From Candidatus Asbonarchaeum danakilense (lineage in GTDB: Archaea > Nanohalarchaeota > Nanosalinia > Nanosalinales > Nanoanaerosalinaceae), in assembly GCA_034190465.1 (NCBI GenBank), contig JAXINV010000034.1:1-48296 (forward strand): a stretch of 48,296 nucleotides of DNA, written 5' to 3'. Under the pieces are notes generated by a model. That model did no database searches. It had not been told where the DNA came from and saw only the letters and a program-made list of their open reading frames with translations. The translations under genes and the position numbers were made by a program. Positions 7,674 to 17,263 of this stretch are shown here, piece by piece. Numbering within the stretch: the first letter of the stretch is position 1; the number at the start of each line of letters is the position of its first letter.

Positions 7674-8837
7674 ATGAGTAAATTAGCTCAAGCTTCATCC
7701 AAATACGTCATCAAGGCGAACATGACTGCAAACGGAGTCGTAGAGAAACCGGATGTCGTCGGCGCCATCTTCGGCCAGACAGAAGGACTGCTCGGCCCGG
7801 ACCTGGATCTGCGGGAGCTGCAGATGACCGGCAGGGTCGGCAGGATCGATGTCTCCGTCCGGTCGGAGAACGGCTCGTCGGAGGCGGAGATCGAGATCCC
7901 GAGCTCGCTGGATGCGACGGAGACAGCGCTGATAGCGGCTGCACTGGAGACGATCGACCGCGTCGGACCCTGCACGGCGGACATCGAGGTCGAGTCGGTG
8001 GAGGACGTCAGGTTCTCGAAGCGGGATTACATCATCGACCGTGCAAAGGAACTGCTGGACGAGATGCGTGACGAAGTGCCGGAGTCGCAGGAGATCTCGA
8101 AGGAGATTAAGGATGAGGTGCGGACGTCCGAGGTCACGAGCTACAAAGGTCTGCCTGCTGGCCCAGACGTCGAGAGTTCGGAGGATATCGTCGTCTGTGA
8201 AGGACGGGCCGACGTCGTGAACCTGTTGAAGCACGGCGTGAAGAACGTCATCGCGATCGGCGGCACGTCGATTCCGGAGGAGGTCAAGGAGCTGTCACGT
8301 GAGAAGGTCGTGACGCTGTTCCTGGACGGTGACCGCGGCGGCGACCTGATCCGGAAGGAGATGGACCAGACTGTCGACTTCGACTACGTCGCCCGGGCTC
8401 CGGATGGTAAGGAGGTCGAGGAGTTGACGAAAAAAGAGGTCTTCAAGGCGCTGCGGGATAAGGTCGCGGAGGAGCAGCTTGATGTAGCCGAAGAGGCCGG
8501 TGAGGAGACGGAGGAGGATCTTTCCGATGAGGGGGCGGATGACCCTGATCTGGATGATCGTGTCCGGACGGCGTTCAAGCAGACGATGACCAGCTTGGTC
8601 GGCACCCGCGCGGTCTACTTCCTGGACGATGAACTCCAGAACCTGGGGAAGGCGCCGCTGGATGAGATCGACTCATCGCTGCAGGATATCGATGAGGTGT
8701 ATGCGATCCTGTTCGACGGTGAGCTGGGCCGGGAGGTCGTCCGGGCGGCGGAACGTCACGGAGCTGAGTATCTGGTCGGGATGTCGGGCAGCGCTTCAAG
8801 CGATGACCTCCAGTGTCTGACTAAGAAGCAGCTTTAA
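7674..8837 (+). CDS. dnaG: Archaeal DnaG-type primase / exosome-associated TOPRIM protein
   Basis: KYVI...GVVEKPDVVGAIFGQTEGLLG..LDLRELQ; CEGRADV; FLDGDRGG. Confidence 0.95.
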   Translation: MSKLAQASSKYVIKANMTANGVVEKPDVVGAIFGQTEGLLGPDLDLRELQMTGRVGRIDVSVRSENGSSEAEIEIPSSLDATETALIAAALETIDRVGPCTADIEVESVEDVRFSKRDYIIDRAKELLDEMRDEVPESQEISKEIKDEVRTSEVTSYKGLPAGPDVESSEDIVVCEGRADVVNLLKHGVKNVIAIGGTSIPEEVKELSREKVVTLFLDGDRGGDLIRKEMDQTVDFDYVARAPDGKEVEELTKKEVFKALRDKVAEEQLDVAEEAGEETEEDLSDEGADDPDLDDRVRTAFKQTMTSLVGTRAVYFLDDELQNLGKAPLDEIDSSLQDIDEVYAILFDGELGREVVRAAERHGAEYLVGMSGSASSDDLQCLTKKQL

Positions 8838-9374
8838 CCGGGGATCCATCCTTCGAAGTCCTCGAGGAGCTCTTCGATGATCTCTTTGGCCTTTTTCAGG
8901 GCTTGGTGCCGTGCTGGACGCCGCGTCCATCCCTGGATAGCCGCGAAATGTTTTTCGCCCGAAAGACTTTGGTTGCTTTTGCACCTTTCGCTGCCTTGAC
9001 GCTCTTTGCCGGCTTGGCGACCTTGAATAGCTTCAGTGAGCGGAGCAGTCGGCCGGTGGTGCTGAGCACGGCGAAGAACGGCAGGACGAGCAGGATGTCG
9101 AGCCACCGTTTGCGGATGAACGCGTGATTGTCACGGTGGATGCCGAGGTCGACGACCAGTTCCACGACGAAGTAGGCGAGCAACAGCTTCTGCACGGTGA
9201 TGAGCTGTTCGTGCAGGTGGCCTGGCAGGTGTGTGAAGAACTCGAGGTAGAGGACGGTGAACAGCACGGCGATCGCCAGCGGTAGGAGGCGTTCAAGGAG
9301 GGCTGCAGTCGGTGTGTTGCCTCTGACTCGCTGGCGCGGTCGTCGAGGGCTTTCAGCCATGCGCGGAGGCCCAT
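8834..9374 (-). pseudogene. Voltage-sensor-like / ion-transport-domain membrane protein, apparently with two 1-nt deletions
   Basis: Core ORF 8896-9360 has S2-S4-like YFVVELVV, KRWLDILLVLPF, RLLRSLKLFK; plausible N- and C-termini lie in adjacent frames; 541+2 nt gives 181 codons. Confidence 0.6.
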
Positions 9375-9437
9375 GCTGGGCCAGTAGCCGTGTATTCTTT
9401 TATGTGTCCGGACGAATACTGGGGTGGTGCATCTCTG

Positions 9438-10379
9438 ATGGATCTCACGGAGGGGGCGGAGACGGCGGTACATCAGTGCATGGACGTCCAGGACGACGAG
9501 GAGGTCCTGATCGTTGCAGACGATGCGAAGATGCGGATAGCCAGGGCGCTGCAGGAGGTCGGCCGTGAGGCGGCCGCGGAGACGATGCTGATGAACACCG
9601 AGCCGACCGACACGAGCGGTTCGGAGCCACCGGCTGCGGTCGCGGCGGCGATGAAGGAGGCGGATGTCATCTTTGCGCCGACCACACACTCGCTCTCCCA
9701 TACCAGAGCACGCATCGCGGCCTGTGAGGCGGGAGCGAGGGCCGCCACGATGCCCGGGGTCACGGAAGAGATCTTCACGACCTCGATGTTGGCGGACTAT
9801 GAAGCAATCAAGCGACGTTCACGACGGCTGTATGAACGTGTCGAGGAGACTGATGAGATTCACGTGACCAGTCCCGGCGGCACTGACCTCCGGCTTGACG
9901 TGAACATGAAGGTGTGGGAGCAGGATACCGGCATCGTGCACAAGCCGGGCGGCTTCACAAACCTGCCGGCGGGCGAGGTGTTCGGCGTCCCGCTCGCTGC
10001 GGAGGGCCAGATCGTGTTCGATTCGTTCGTGCTCGGCGGTGAGGAGAAGGCACCGGAGGGCACGGCCGTCGAGGTCACGAACAGCGTCGCGACCGGTATC
10101 TCGGAGGAATGTGAGCTCTCCCGCGCGTTCAAGGAGGTCGAGAACGCGACCAACCTGGCGGAGCTCGGGATCGGGACGAACGCTGAGGCCGAGGTCATCG
10201 GCAACGCGCTGCAGGACGAGAAGGCGATGGGCACGTGCCACTTCGCATTCGGCGACAACACCGCGTTCGGCGGTCATACCGGCTCTGAGATCCACTGGGA
10301 CGGCATCGTGAAGGACCCGACGATCAGGTTCGATGAGGAAGTCATTATGGAGAAGGGCGAGTTCACGATCGATCTGTGA
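9438..10379 (+). CDS. Aminopeptidase (thermophilic metalloprotease M29/AmpS-like)
   Basis: SLSHT, NLPAGEV, NLAELGIGTN, DEKAMGTCHFAFGDN...IHWD. Confidence 0.88.
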   Translation: MDLTEGAETAVHQCMDVQDDEEVLIVADDAKMRIARALQEVGREAAAETMLMNTEPTDTSGSEPPAAVAAAMKEADVIFAPTTHSLSHTRARIAACEAGARAATMPGVTEEIFTTSMLADYEAIKRRSRRLYERVEETDEIHVTSPGGTDLRLDVNMKVWEQDTGIVHKPGGFTNLPAGEVFGVPLAAEGQIVFDSFVLGGEEKAPEGTAVEVTNSVATGISEECELSRAFKEVENATNLAELGIGTNAEAEVIGNALQDEKAMGTCHFAFGDNTAFGGHTGSEIHWDGIVKDPTIRFDEEVIMEKGEFTIDL

Positions 10380-10385
10380 TCCACC

Positions 10386-11768
10386 ATGCGCGACACGCTC
10401 GAGACGATAACGGAGGGGATGGAGGAGCAGGGCGCTGACTACGCCGATGTCCGGTACGAGCGCGTCACGCAGAACAATCTGACGGTCAAGGATCGGAAGG
10501 TTGAGGAGATCTCATCGGGCGAGCAGCGCGGTTTCGGGTTCCGGGCGTTCTATCAGGGTGCCTGGGGCTTTTCCTCGACCAACGATGCGGACAACATGGA
10601 GGAGGCGGCGAGGAAGGCCGTGAAGTCGGCCCGAGCACTCTCCCGAAACTCGGATATCGACGCGGTCGAGCTCCCGTCCCGCGACCCGGTGGAGGCGGCG
10701 ATCGAGTCGCGTGCGGAGATCCAGCCGGACAGTATGCTTCCGGAGCAGAAACTGGCGGTCCTGGAGGACGCGGAACGAGAGATACGGTACAGCTCTGATG
10801 CGATCACGAGCGCGAAGGTCGTCTACAACGATCTGCAGGGTAAGTACATGTTTGCGTCGTCGAACGGCTCGTTCATCGAGAAGCAACCGACGCATTACTC
10901 GCTGTACTGCCACGCGACGGCGAAGAACGACGGCGAGATGGAGACCCACATGGAGCGGTCGGCGTCGATCAACGGGATGGAACACTTCCAGGACGCCGAT
11001 CCGGTGGGGATGGGGAGGAAGGCCGCTGAGATGGCGGAGAAGATCGTGAACGCGCCCCGTGCCCCGACGGGACGGATGCCGGTGGTGATCGGCGACCGGC
11101 TCGGCGGCCTGTTCGCGCACGAGGCTGTCGGCCATGCGGCGGAGGCTGACACGGTCCAGTCGGGGGGATCGTTGTTCAAGGGGCGTGTCGGTGACAAGAT
11201 CGGCTCGGACCAGGTCACGGTGGTCGACGACCCGACGATGCAGGGGAAGCACGGCAGCTACACGTACGATGATGAAGGGACGCTGGCGGAGAAGACGACG
11301 ATCATCGAGGACGGCCGGCTGAACGCGCTGCTGCATTCCAGGGAGACGGCGGCCCGTGCGGACGCGGAGCCGACAGGTAACGGCCGTGCGCAGTCGTTCA
11401 GCAAGGTGCCGGTGGTCAGGATGTCGAACACGTACTTCGACACCGGCGACCATACGAAGGAGGAGATGGTGGAGAGCATCGATGATGGGCTGTACCTGAA
11501 AGGGTTCAAAGGCGGCCAGGTTGACACGTCGGAGGGCAACTTCACGTTCGGCACGACCCATGCCTACCGGATTGAGGACGGTGAGGTCGGTGAGCTGGTC
11601 AGGGGCCCGTCGATCTCCGGCAAGACGCTCGACATCCTGCAGCACGTCACGATGGTCGCGGACGACCGCGAGGTCGGCGATCCCGGCTACTGTGGGAAGA
11701 ACGGGCAGACCGTGTACGTCGATACTGGTGCTCCTCACATGAAGGTGGACCAGATGGTGATCGGCTGA
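10386..11768 (+). CDS. tldD: TldD metalloprotease
   Basis: HEAVGH, DDEG, GNGR, RMSNTY, CGK.GQ.V.V..G.P. Confidence 0.93.
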   Translation: MRDTLETITEGMEEQGADYADVRYERVTQNNLTVKDRKVEEISSGEQRGFGFRAFYQGAWGFSSTNDADNMEEAARKAVKSARALSRNSDIDAVELPSRDPVEAAIESRAEIQPDSMLPEQKLAVLEDAEREIRYSSDAITSAKVVYNDLQGKYMFASSNGSFIEKQPTHYSLYCHATAKNDGEMETHMERSASINGMEHFQDADPVGMGRKAAEMAEKIVNAPRAPTGRMPVVIGDRLGGLFAHEAVGHAAEADTVQSGGSLFKGRVGDKIGSDQVTVVDDPTMQGKHGSYTYDDEGTLAEKTTIIEDGRLNALLHSRETAARADAEPTGNGRAQSFSKVPVVRMSNTYFDTGDHTKEEMVESIDDGLYLKGFKGGQVDTSEGNFTFGTTHAYRIEDGEVGELVRGPSISGKTLDILQHVTMVADDREVGDPGYCGKNGQTVYVDTGAPHMKVDQMVIG

Positions 11769-13033
11769 TGTTCGACGAGATGGAGGACGCGTTCGATGCC
11801 ACGGGCTACGACCAGCTGGAGGTCTTCGCGGAGGAAGAGGAATCAATCTCCTGCGCTGTCTCGGACGACCGGGTTGATTCGGTCGAGACCGAGGAGTCAC
11901 GTGGCATCGGGGTCCGGGCCCTGGTGGACAACAAGGTCGGGTTCGCGTATACGACCGACCCGGAGACGGTGCTGTCCACGGCAGAACGCGCTGTCAAGCT
12001 GGCCCGGCTCTCACAGTTCAGGACGATCTCGTTCCCGATCCACGACGATCACCCAGGGGTCGGCGGCCTGTATCACGGTGGGACCGCGTCGATCGACGAA
12101 CCGTCCCTGGTCGAGCAGACCCGTGAGGCGCTCGAGATAGAGGATGCCCGGTTCGCGGAGGGACGGGTTTCGCGCGCGACCGGCACGACGTATATCATGA
12201 ACTCGTCCGATGTCCGGGCGAGCTATGACGGGACGTACTTTGTCTCATACTTCAGCGCGAGCAACGACCAAAGGTCGAAGCAGTGGTTCGACGCCGCAAG
12301 AAAACGCTTCGACCCCGCTACAGTTTCCCGCAGAGCCTACGAGCTACTGCAGGAGTCATCCGATCCTGTCGAAGTGGATCAGGGTGAGCGCGATGTTGTC
12401 CTGAGCCCCTATGCACAGTATCAGATATTTTCAAGTCTTCTGTACCCGGCTTTCGACGCTGACAGGGTGCAACGCGGCACGTCGGCGCTGAAAGGTAAGC
12501 GTGAGGAACCGATTGCGGCGGATACGCTCACCATCAGGGACGACGGCACACGGGAGGGAGGGGTTAACTCCCAACCATTTGACAGGGAGGGGACGCCGGC
12601 CCAGGAAACACTCTTGATCGAGGAGGGCATCCTCAGGAGCTTTCTGTACGATGTGCAGCGTGCGGAAAAGGAGGGTATCGACTCGACAGGGAATGCGGCT
12701 GGCGGTTATAACAATATGCCGGAAATACGACCGACCAATATGGTCATCGAGGCCGAGCAGGGGGCACGCGACGAGCTGGGAGACGGCACGATCTATATTC
12801 AGGACGTTGCTGGCGTCCACACGGCGAATACGACCTCTGGTGATTTTTCATTGAACATCACGACCGGCTTCCGTCTGGACGGTGAGGGACGGACTCCTAT
12901 CAGTTCGGGCATGTTTGTGGGGAACCTCTTTGATCTGCTGGACTCACATCGGTTCTCCTACGGCGACCGTCGCACGGTGGATTCGCTCACCACGAGGAAT
13001 GCCGTCTTCCGCGACCAGACAGTGGTCAACTGA
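11768..13033 (+). CDS. pmbA: PmbA/TldE partner subunit
   Basis: FDREG, STGNA, GVHTAN..SGDFS; no HExxH; start overlaps the tldD stop. Confidence 0.88.
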   Translation: MFDEMEDAFDATGYDQLEVFAEEEESISCAVSDDRVDSVETEESRGIGVRALVDNKVGFAYTTDPETVLSTAERAVKLARLSQFRTISFPIHDDHPGVGGLYHGGTASIDEPSLVEQTREALEIEDARFAEGRVSRATGTTYIMNSSDVRASYDGTYFVSYFSASNDQRSKQWFDAARKRFDPATVSRRAYELLQESSDPVEVDQGERDVVLSPYAQYQIFSSLLYPAFDADRVQRGTSALKGKREEPIAADTLTIRDDGTREGGVNSQPFDREGTPAQETLLIEEGILRSFLYDVQRAEKEGIDSTGNAAGGYNNMPEIRPTNMVIEAEQGARDELGDGTIYIQDVAGVHTANTTSGDFSLNITTGFRLDGEGRTPISSGMFVGNLFDLLDSHRFSYGDRRTVDSLTTRNAVFRDQTVVN

Positions 13034-13070
13034 CCTAAGTTATTAAACTCACATATTCGAACACTCACAT

Positions 13071-13790
13071 ATGCTCAGGCGAGCCATCCGTCGACTGCTC
13101 GGGATATCCTCCCGCGACCACACCGATCACATTTCTTCGGAACTGGAGGAACTCAGAGACGCCGTTCTGTCAAACGCCGCCGAGATCGAGGATCTTAGGA
13201 CTGATCTGACAGCCCGTGTTGAGGATATTGAGGAATGGAGACAGCAACGGGACGAACACATCGATTCAAATGCTCAGGCTGTCGAACATCTCCTGGAAGC
13301 GCTCACACATCAGCTTGAAGCTGAAGGAAGGGAGGAAAAGCAATCTATTGATGACGAAATCGCCGCAAAGCTTGCTGATATCGATGAGCGCCTTACTGCT
13401 CTAGAGAAAGCCTATAACGTTCGAAAAACAGGCGAAGAGCCGTCCGGACGGACGTCCAAACGACCGTCTAGTCGTCTGGTCGATAAAAACGGACAGCCGA
13501 CCAACCTTGCCGGGACGGCCGAGGATGCGAAGCAGGGGGAACAGCTGTGGAAGAAGGCGACTAAGGCTCAGAGAAGTGTATTGAAGACGATGTACGATGC
13601 CGGGTACCCGATGTCGTACAAGGAGATAGCTGAAGAAGTTGGAAGATCTGTTTCTACGGTCAAGAACCATATCAACAATCTGAAGGCAGCTGGATTCGAA
13701 TTCAAGGAAGATGAGGGGCACAACAACGCTAAGAAGTACATGGTCGACGATCGGGTGAAGGCGTTCCTGACCCTCCGTCTGAACGAGTGA
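13071..13790 (+). CDS. Coiled-coil plus C-terminal winged-HTH DNA-binding protein
   Basis: Heptad-rich N-terminal half; MSYKEIAEEVGRSVSTVKNHINNL HTH; TTATTAAA at 13040-13047. Confidence 0.8.
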   Translation: MLRRAIRRLLGISSRDHTDHISSELEELRDAVLSNAAEIEDLRTDLTARVEDIEEWRQQRDEHIDSNAQAVEHLLEALTHQLEAEGREEKQSIDDEIAAKLADIDERLTALEKAYNVRKTGEEPSGRTSKRPSSRLVDKNGQPTNLAGTAEDAKQGEQLWKKATKAQRSVLKTMYDAGYPMSYKEIAEEVGRSVSTVKNHINNLKAAGFEFKEDEGHNNAKKYMVDDRVKAFLTLRLNE

Positions 13791-13854
13791 TCGTCTGCTT
13801 CAACGCCGTCCAGGCGCGTTGAGTGTTATATAATCCTGGTGTTGAATCCTGCCG

Positions 13855-14187
13855 TCATCTGTGAATCTGGTCGACGACCAGTTCCAGCTGGCCGTGATAC
13901 GAGCTGACGGTCCCGGTGATTCGGACGGTTCTGTTGGCTCCTGTCGGAGAGACGGGTTCGAATACGACGATCTCCAGACTTGGCCGTGATCGAAGACGAA
14001 GGAACGAGATTTCATCCTTCACGCTGAGTTCATCGATTGTACCTGACACGGTCACGGTGTCGCCGATGTCATCCTCCGTTAGTTCACGTACATCTACAGG
14101 TCGTGGTGCATGAACTGAGCTGTAGATGAACAGTAGGCTGCTGCCAAAAAGGAATAACAGAAGTGCGTTTCGGTGTCCGTGGTTCAC
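13855..14187 (-). CDS. Membrane-anchored OB-fold protein
   Basis: N-terminal hydrophobic helix, then DIGDTVTVSGTI...VRITGTVSSYHGQLELVV. Confidence 0.75.
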   Translation of the reverse strand: MNHGHRNALLLFLFGSSLLFIYSSVHAPRPVDVRELTEDDIGDTVTVSGTIDELSVKDEISFLRLRSRPSLEIVVFEPVSPTGANRTVRITGTVSSYHGQLELVVDQIHR

Positions 14188-14735
14188 GGTAGACCGAACT
14201 CCTTGATAACGCGGTGTTCGGCACCCGAATCCCTGCGGATGCTTTCTTTGAGTGCAAACTGGTCGACCTGCATCTGGCCGAACACGTGATCTTCATACGA
14301 TGCAAGTTTTTCCTGTAGCTGCTGTTTTTCTTCACGTGAAATATTGTGTAACCGGAGCAATGTCACGTGAGGATGGAACTCTTGGTCCTGGACGTACTGT
14401 TCTGGGAGCTGTTCGCGTATCTCTGTGCTGAGCTCATGGAGTTCGTCTGACCTGGCTCCGCACCAGACGACCTTGATGTAGTCTCTGTCTGGAAAGGCTC
14501 CGAGCCCGACGAGTGACAGAGTGAAAGAGTCATGGTTCACGTCCTGCAGTCGCTGCTGGATCCGGTTGAGATCCTCCTCGTGTACATCACCTATGAAGTT
14601 CATCGTGAAGTGAAATTGGCCAGGGTCAGTACAGCTGTTCTGACCGAGTCCGGCAATCTCGTCCTGTACAGCGGATAGCTTCCTGGTGACTGTACTGTCC
14701 TGGATGTCGACGGAGATGAAGCAGCGCCGTGCCAT
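14184..14735 (-). CDS. thpR: RNA 2',3'-cyclic phosphodiesterase (2H, ThpR/LigT)
   Basis: RCFISVD N-terminus; two HxT motifs (FHFTM, PHVTL). Confidence 0.9.
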   Translation of the reverse strand: MARRCFISVDIQDSTVTRKLSAVQDEIAGLGQNSCTDPGQFHFTMNFIGDVHEEDLNRIQQRLQDVNHDSFTLSLVGLGAFPDRDYIKVVWCGARSDELHELSTEIREQLPEQYVQDQEFHPHVTLLRLHNISREEKQQLQEKLASYEDHVFGQMQVDQFALKESIRRDSGAEHRVIKEFGLP

Positions 14736-14836
14736 GCAGAATCTATACAGCGGAAAGGAATAAATAAGTTGGTTCATTTCATATTCATGGACGGGGTGTG
14801 AAGAACGCTTCCCCCGTGTAATGAACGTGATACAGC

Positions 14837-15898
14837 ATGGATGCATGGCTTGAGAAACAGGGCTGGGAGGAGAATCCCTTTAATTTCAAAATCTATCCGG
14901 ATCTTCTGGTAGGGTATGACGATGAAATCAAGGAACTCGAGGAGTCGATAGACGCTGATAACAAGTTCTCTATTGTCCTCGGTAAGACGGGTGCTGGCAA
15001 GACAAACCTTCTCAGGTGGCTTGCCGCGGAATATGAGGGCCATCGAGATGTTTATTATATGCCGAAACCACCGACCGACAATGGTGATCTTTTGGCGTAT
15101 CTGAAGGACGAGATTCTGCAGCCGGGCCTTATTTCACGGTTCTTTAGATCGTATTCACTTTACAATATCCATGATGAACTTCAGGCGTCACTCTCTGGCC
15201 CGACATTATTGATTATAGATGAAGGTCATGAGGCATCGACGGATGTGCTCAAGTGGATCCGGACTGCGATCGATCATGTGGAGGATCTATCGGTCATTGC
15301 TGCCGGGCTCCCATCGTTCGAGGAGACACTTCAGGAAGAGGTCCATACGCTCTACAGCAGGGCGACGAACGTTCTCCGCCTTGAGTGCCTGGATCGTGAT
15401 GAATCAATCGAACTGATCAGGGAACGTATCGCCAAGGCAGGGGGCTCCCCGCTGGAACCGTTCACACAGCAAGCAGTCATGACGATCTATGAACGTACCA
15501 GAGGGTTCCCCCGTGAAGTCCTCCGCGCATGCAATGACTGTGTTGTTCATGCTTCACGTGAAGATCTGTCCATCATTGATGAAAGTGACGTGAAGAAAAT
15601 CGTTGATGATATTGAGGGAGGCGGCGAGCTGGATGTAGGAGACCACCAGGAAGAGAGACCGGCTGAGGAGAAGGAAGGGTTAAACCTGACGGACAAGCAA
15701 GAGGAGGTTTTGGAAGTGCTCCGGGAGGAGGGACGATCAACTTCCGGTGATGTCGCCGATGTGCTTGGGGCTGATGACTATACGAGCCGGGACCATGCGG
15801 TTAGATCGATCAACAATATCTTGAAGCGTCTGATGGAGAACGGGATCGTGGACCGGGAACGAGACGGTCGTTCGTATGTTTACTTCGTGGAGGAGTGA
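14837..15898 (+). CDS. AAA+ ATPase (ExeA/GspA-like) with C-terminal winged helix
   Basis: ENPF, Walker A GKTGAGKT, Walker B IIDEGH, TRGFPREV lid, C-terminal HTH LTDKQEEVL...RSINNILKRL...RERDGRSYVY. Confidence 0.85.
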   Translation: MDAWLEKQGWEENPFNFKIYPDLLVGYDDEIKELEESIDADNKFSIVLGKTGAGKTNLLRWLAAEYEGHRDVYYMPKPPTDNGDLLAYLKDEILQPGLISRFFRSYSLYNIHDELQASLSGPTLLIIDEGHEASTDVLKWIRTAIDHVEDLSVIAAGLPSFEETLQEEVHTLYSRATNVLRLECLDRDESIELIRERIAKAGGSPLEPFTQQAVMTIYERTRGFPREVLRACNDCVVHASREDLSIIDESDVKKIVDDIEGGGELDVGDHQEERPAEEKEGLNLTDKQEEVLEVLREEGRSTSGDVADVLGADDYTSRDHAVRSINNILKRLMENGIVDRERDGRSYVYFVEE

Positions 15899-15962
15899 CG
15901 TCCAGACAACATTTATTAATATGGGCGGGAACTATGTTCTATAACCTTTTCAGGTGATTCAA

Positions 15963-16223
15963 ATGACTGGCAAGGTACGAGGCAAGGATCTGGTAGGGAA
16001 GACAGTGGTCAGCTCGGAGAAGGGCAAGCGGTTCGGCGAGGTTGCCGATATCAGCTTCGTTTCTGACACGGGCGAACTCATGAACCTGCTCATCACTGAT
16101 GCTACCACTCACATTGAGGAACTGAAACTCCAGCAGGACCAGGACAGCAGGCACATGATCCCGTTCAGCGCGGTCAAGTCTGTCGGGGACTTCGTCATCG
16201 TGAACTCGGACGATATCGTGTGA
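15963..16223 (+). CDS. Single PRC-barrel protein (CdpB-like)
   Basis: LVGKTVV..KGKRFGEVADI...TGEL; IPFSAVKSVGDFVIV; AGGTGA SD before the ATG at 15963. Confidence 0.85.
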   Translation: MTGKVRGKDLVGKTVVSSEKGKRFGEVADISFVSDTGELMNLLITDATTHIEELKLQQDQDSRHMIPFSAVKSVGDFVIVNSDDIV

Positions 16224-16244
16224 GAGTTCAGGTGACGTGAACAA

Positions 16245-16288
16245 CCCTTTCTTTTCCCTCCTTTATCTCCTCTATATTTTCTCTCTTA
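16245..16288 (+). terminator. Pyrimidine-rich tract, likely archaeal terminator
   Basis: Long T/C run between the convergent PRC-barrel and radA genes. Confidence 0.45.
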
Positions 16289-16315
16289 GATCGTAAAGTG
16301 AAGGTTCACAGCGAT

Positions 16316-17263
16316 CTAAGCGTCTTCGAGGCCGGCATCTGTAACGCGGAACACTGCTTCGCCCTCAGGGAGGTAGGGGCAGTCGACGAGCCGTGCGATC
16401 CGTTTGTCTTTCTTGCTCTTCCGTAGGTAGATGCGGAATGCTGAGGCGTGGCCGACGATATGGCCCCCGATCGCGGAGGTCGGGTCCCCGAACAGCTGAT
16501 CCGGGTTGGACATGACTTGGTTGGTGACGACCACGGCGGCGTTGTGTGTGTTGGCCAGACGCTGCAGTGTATGCATATGCTTGTTGAGCTTCTGCTGGCG
16601 CTCTGCGAGCTGCCCCCGCCCGACATAGTCTGAACGGAATTGTGCGGTCAGGGAGTCGACGACGACCAGCCCGATGTCGTTGTCCTTCATGATGTCCTGG
16701 GCCTTCTCGGCGAGCAGGATCTGGTGGTCTGAGTTGAACGCACGCGCGACGTAGATATTGTCGAGTACCTCGTCTGGATCCATGCCGCGCGCTTCAGCCA
16801 TCTGTTCGATACGTTCAGGGACGAAGGTGTCCTCGGTGTCGATGAACACGACGCCTTGGTCGAGCCCCCCTTCATCTTCAGGGAGCTGAGCGTTGACGGC
16901 AAGCTGTAGCGCGGCCTGTGTCTTGGCGGAACCGAATTCGCCGTACAGTTCCGTGATGCACTGGGTCTCGACGCCGCCGTCGAGCAGGTCGTCCATATTG
17001 TCGCTACCGAGCGTGATCTTGGACATGTCCTCCCGTTCCGCCATCTTGTCGGTGCCCTTCTGGAAGCCGAGGTCGAGTTCGTCACGGGCGGCGTTGATTA
17101 TCTTGTTCGCTGTCTTGGAGCCCAGGTCGGCGACCTCTGAGAGGTCTGCTGCGCTCATCGTTGCGATCGACATCAGGCTCTCGTGGCCCGCCTCCTTCAG
17201 TTTGTCCGCTGTCTTGCTTCCGACGCCCGGTAGGTCCTGTAGTGCTACGTCTTCTTCACTCAT
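16316..17263 (-). CDS. radA: DNA repair and recombination protein RadA
   Basis: N-terminal Hh[48 protein letters not shown]. Confidence 0.97.
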   Translation of the reverse strand: MSEEDVALQDLPGVGSKTADKLKEAGHESLMSIATMSAADLSEVADLGSKTANKIINAARDELDLGFQKGTDKMAEREDMSKITLGSDNMDDLLDGGVETQCITELYGEFGSAKTQAALQLAVNAQLPEDEGGLDQGVVFIDTEDTFVPERIEQMAEARGMDPDEVLDNIYVARAFNSDHQILLAEKAQDIMKDNDIGLVVVDSLTAQFRSDYVGRGQLAERQQKLNKHMHTLQRLANTHNAAVVVTNQVMSNPDQLFGDPTSAIGGHIVGHASAFRIYLRKSKKDKRIARLVDCPYLPEGEAVFRVTDAGLEDA

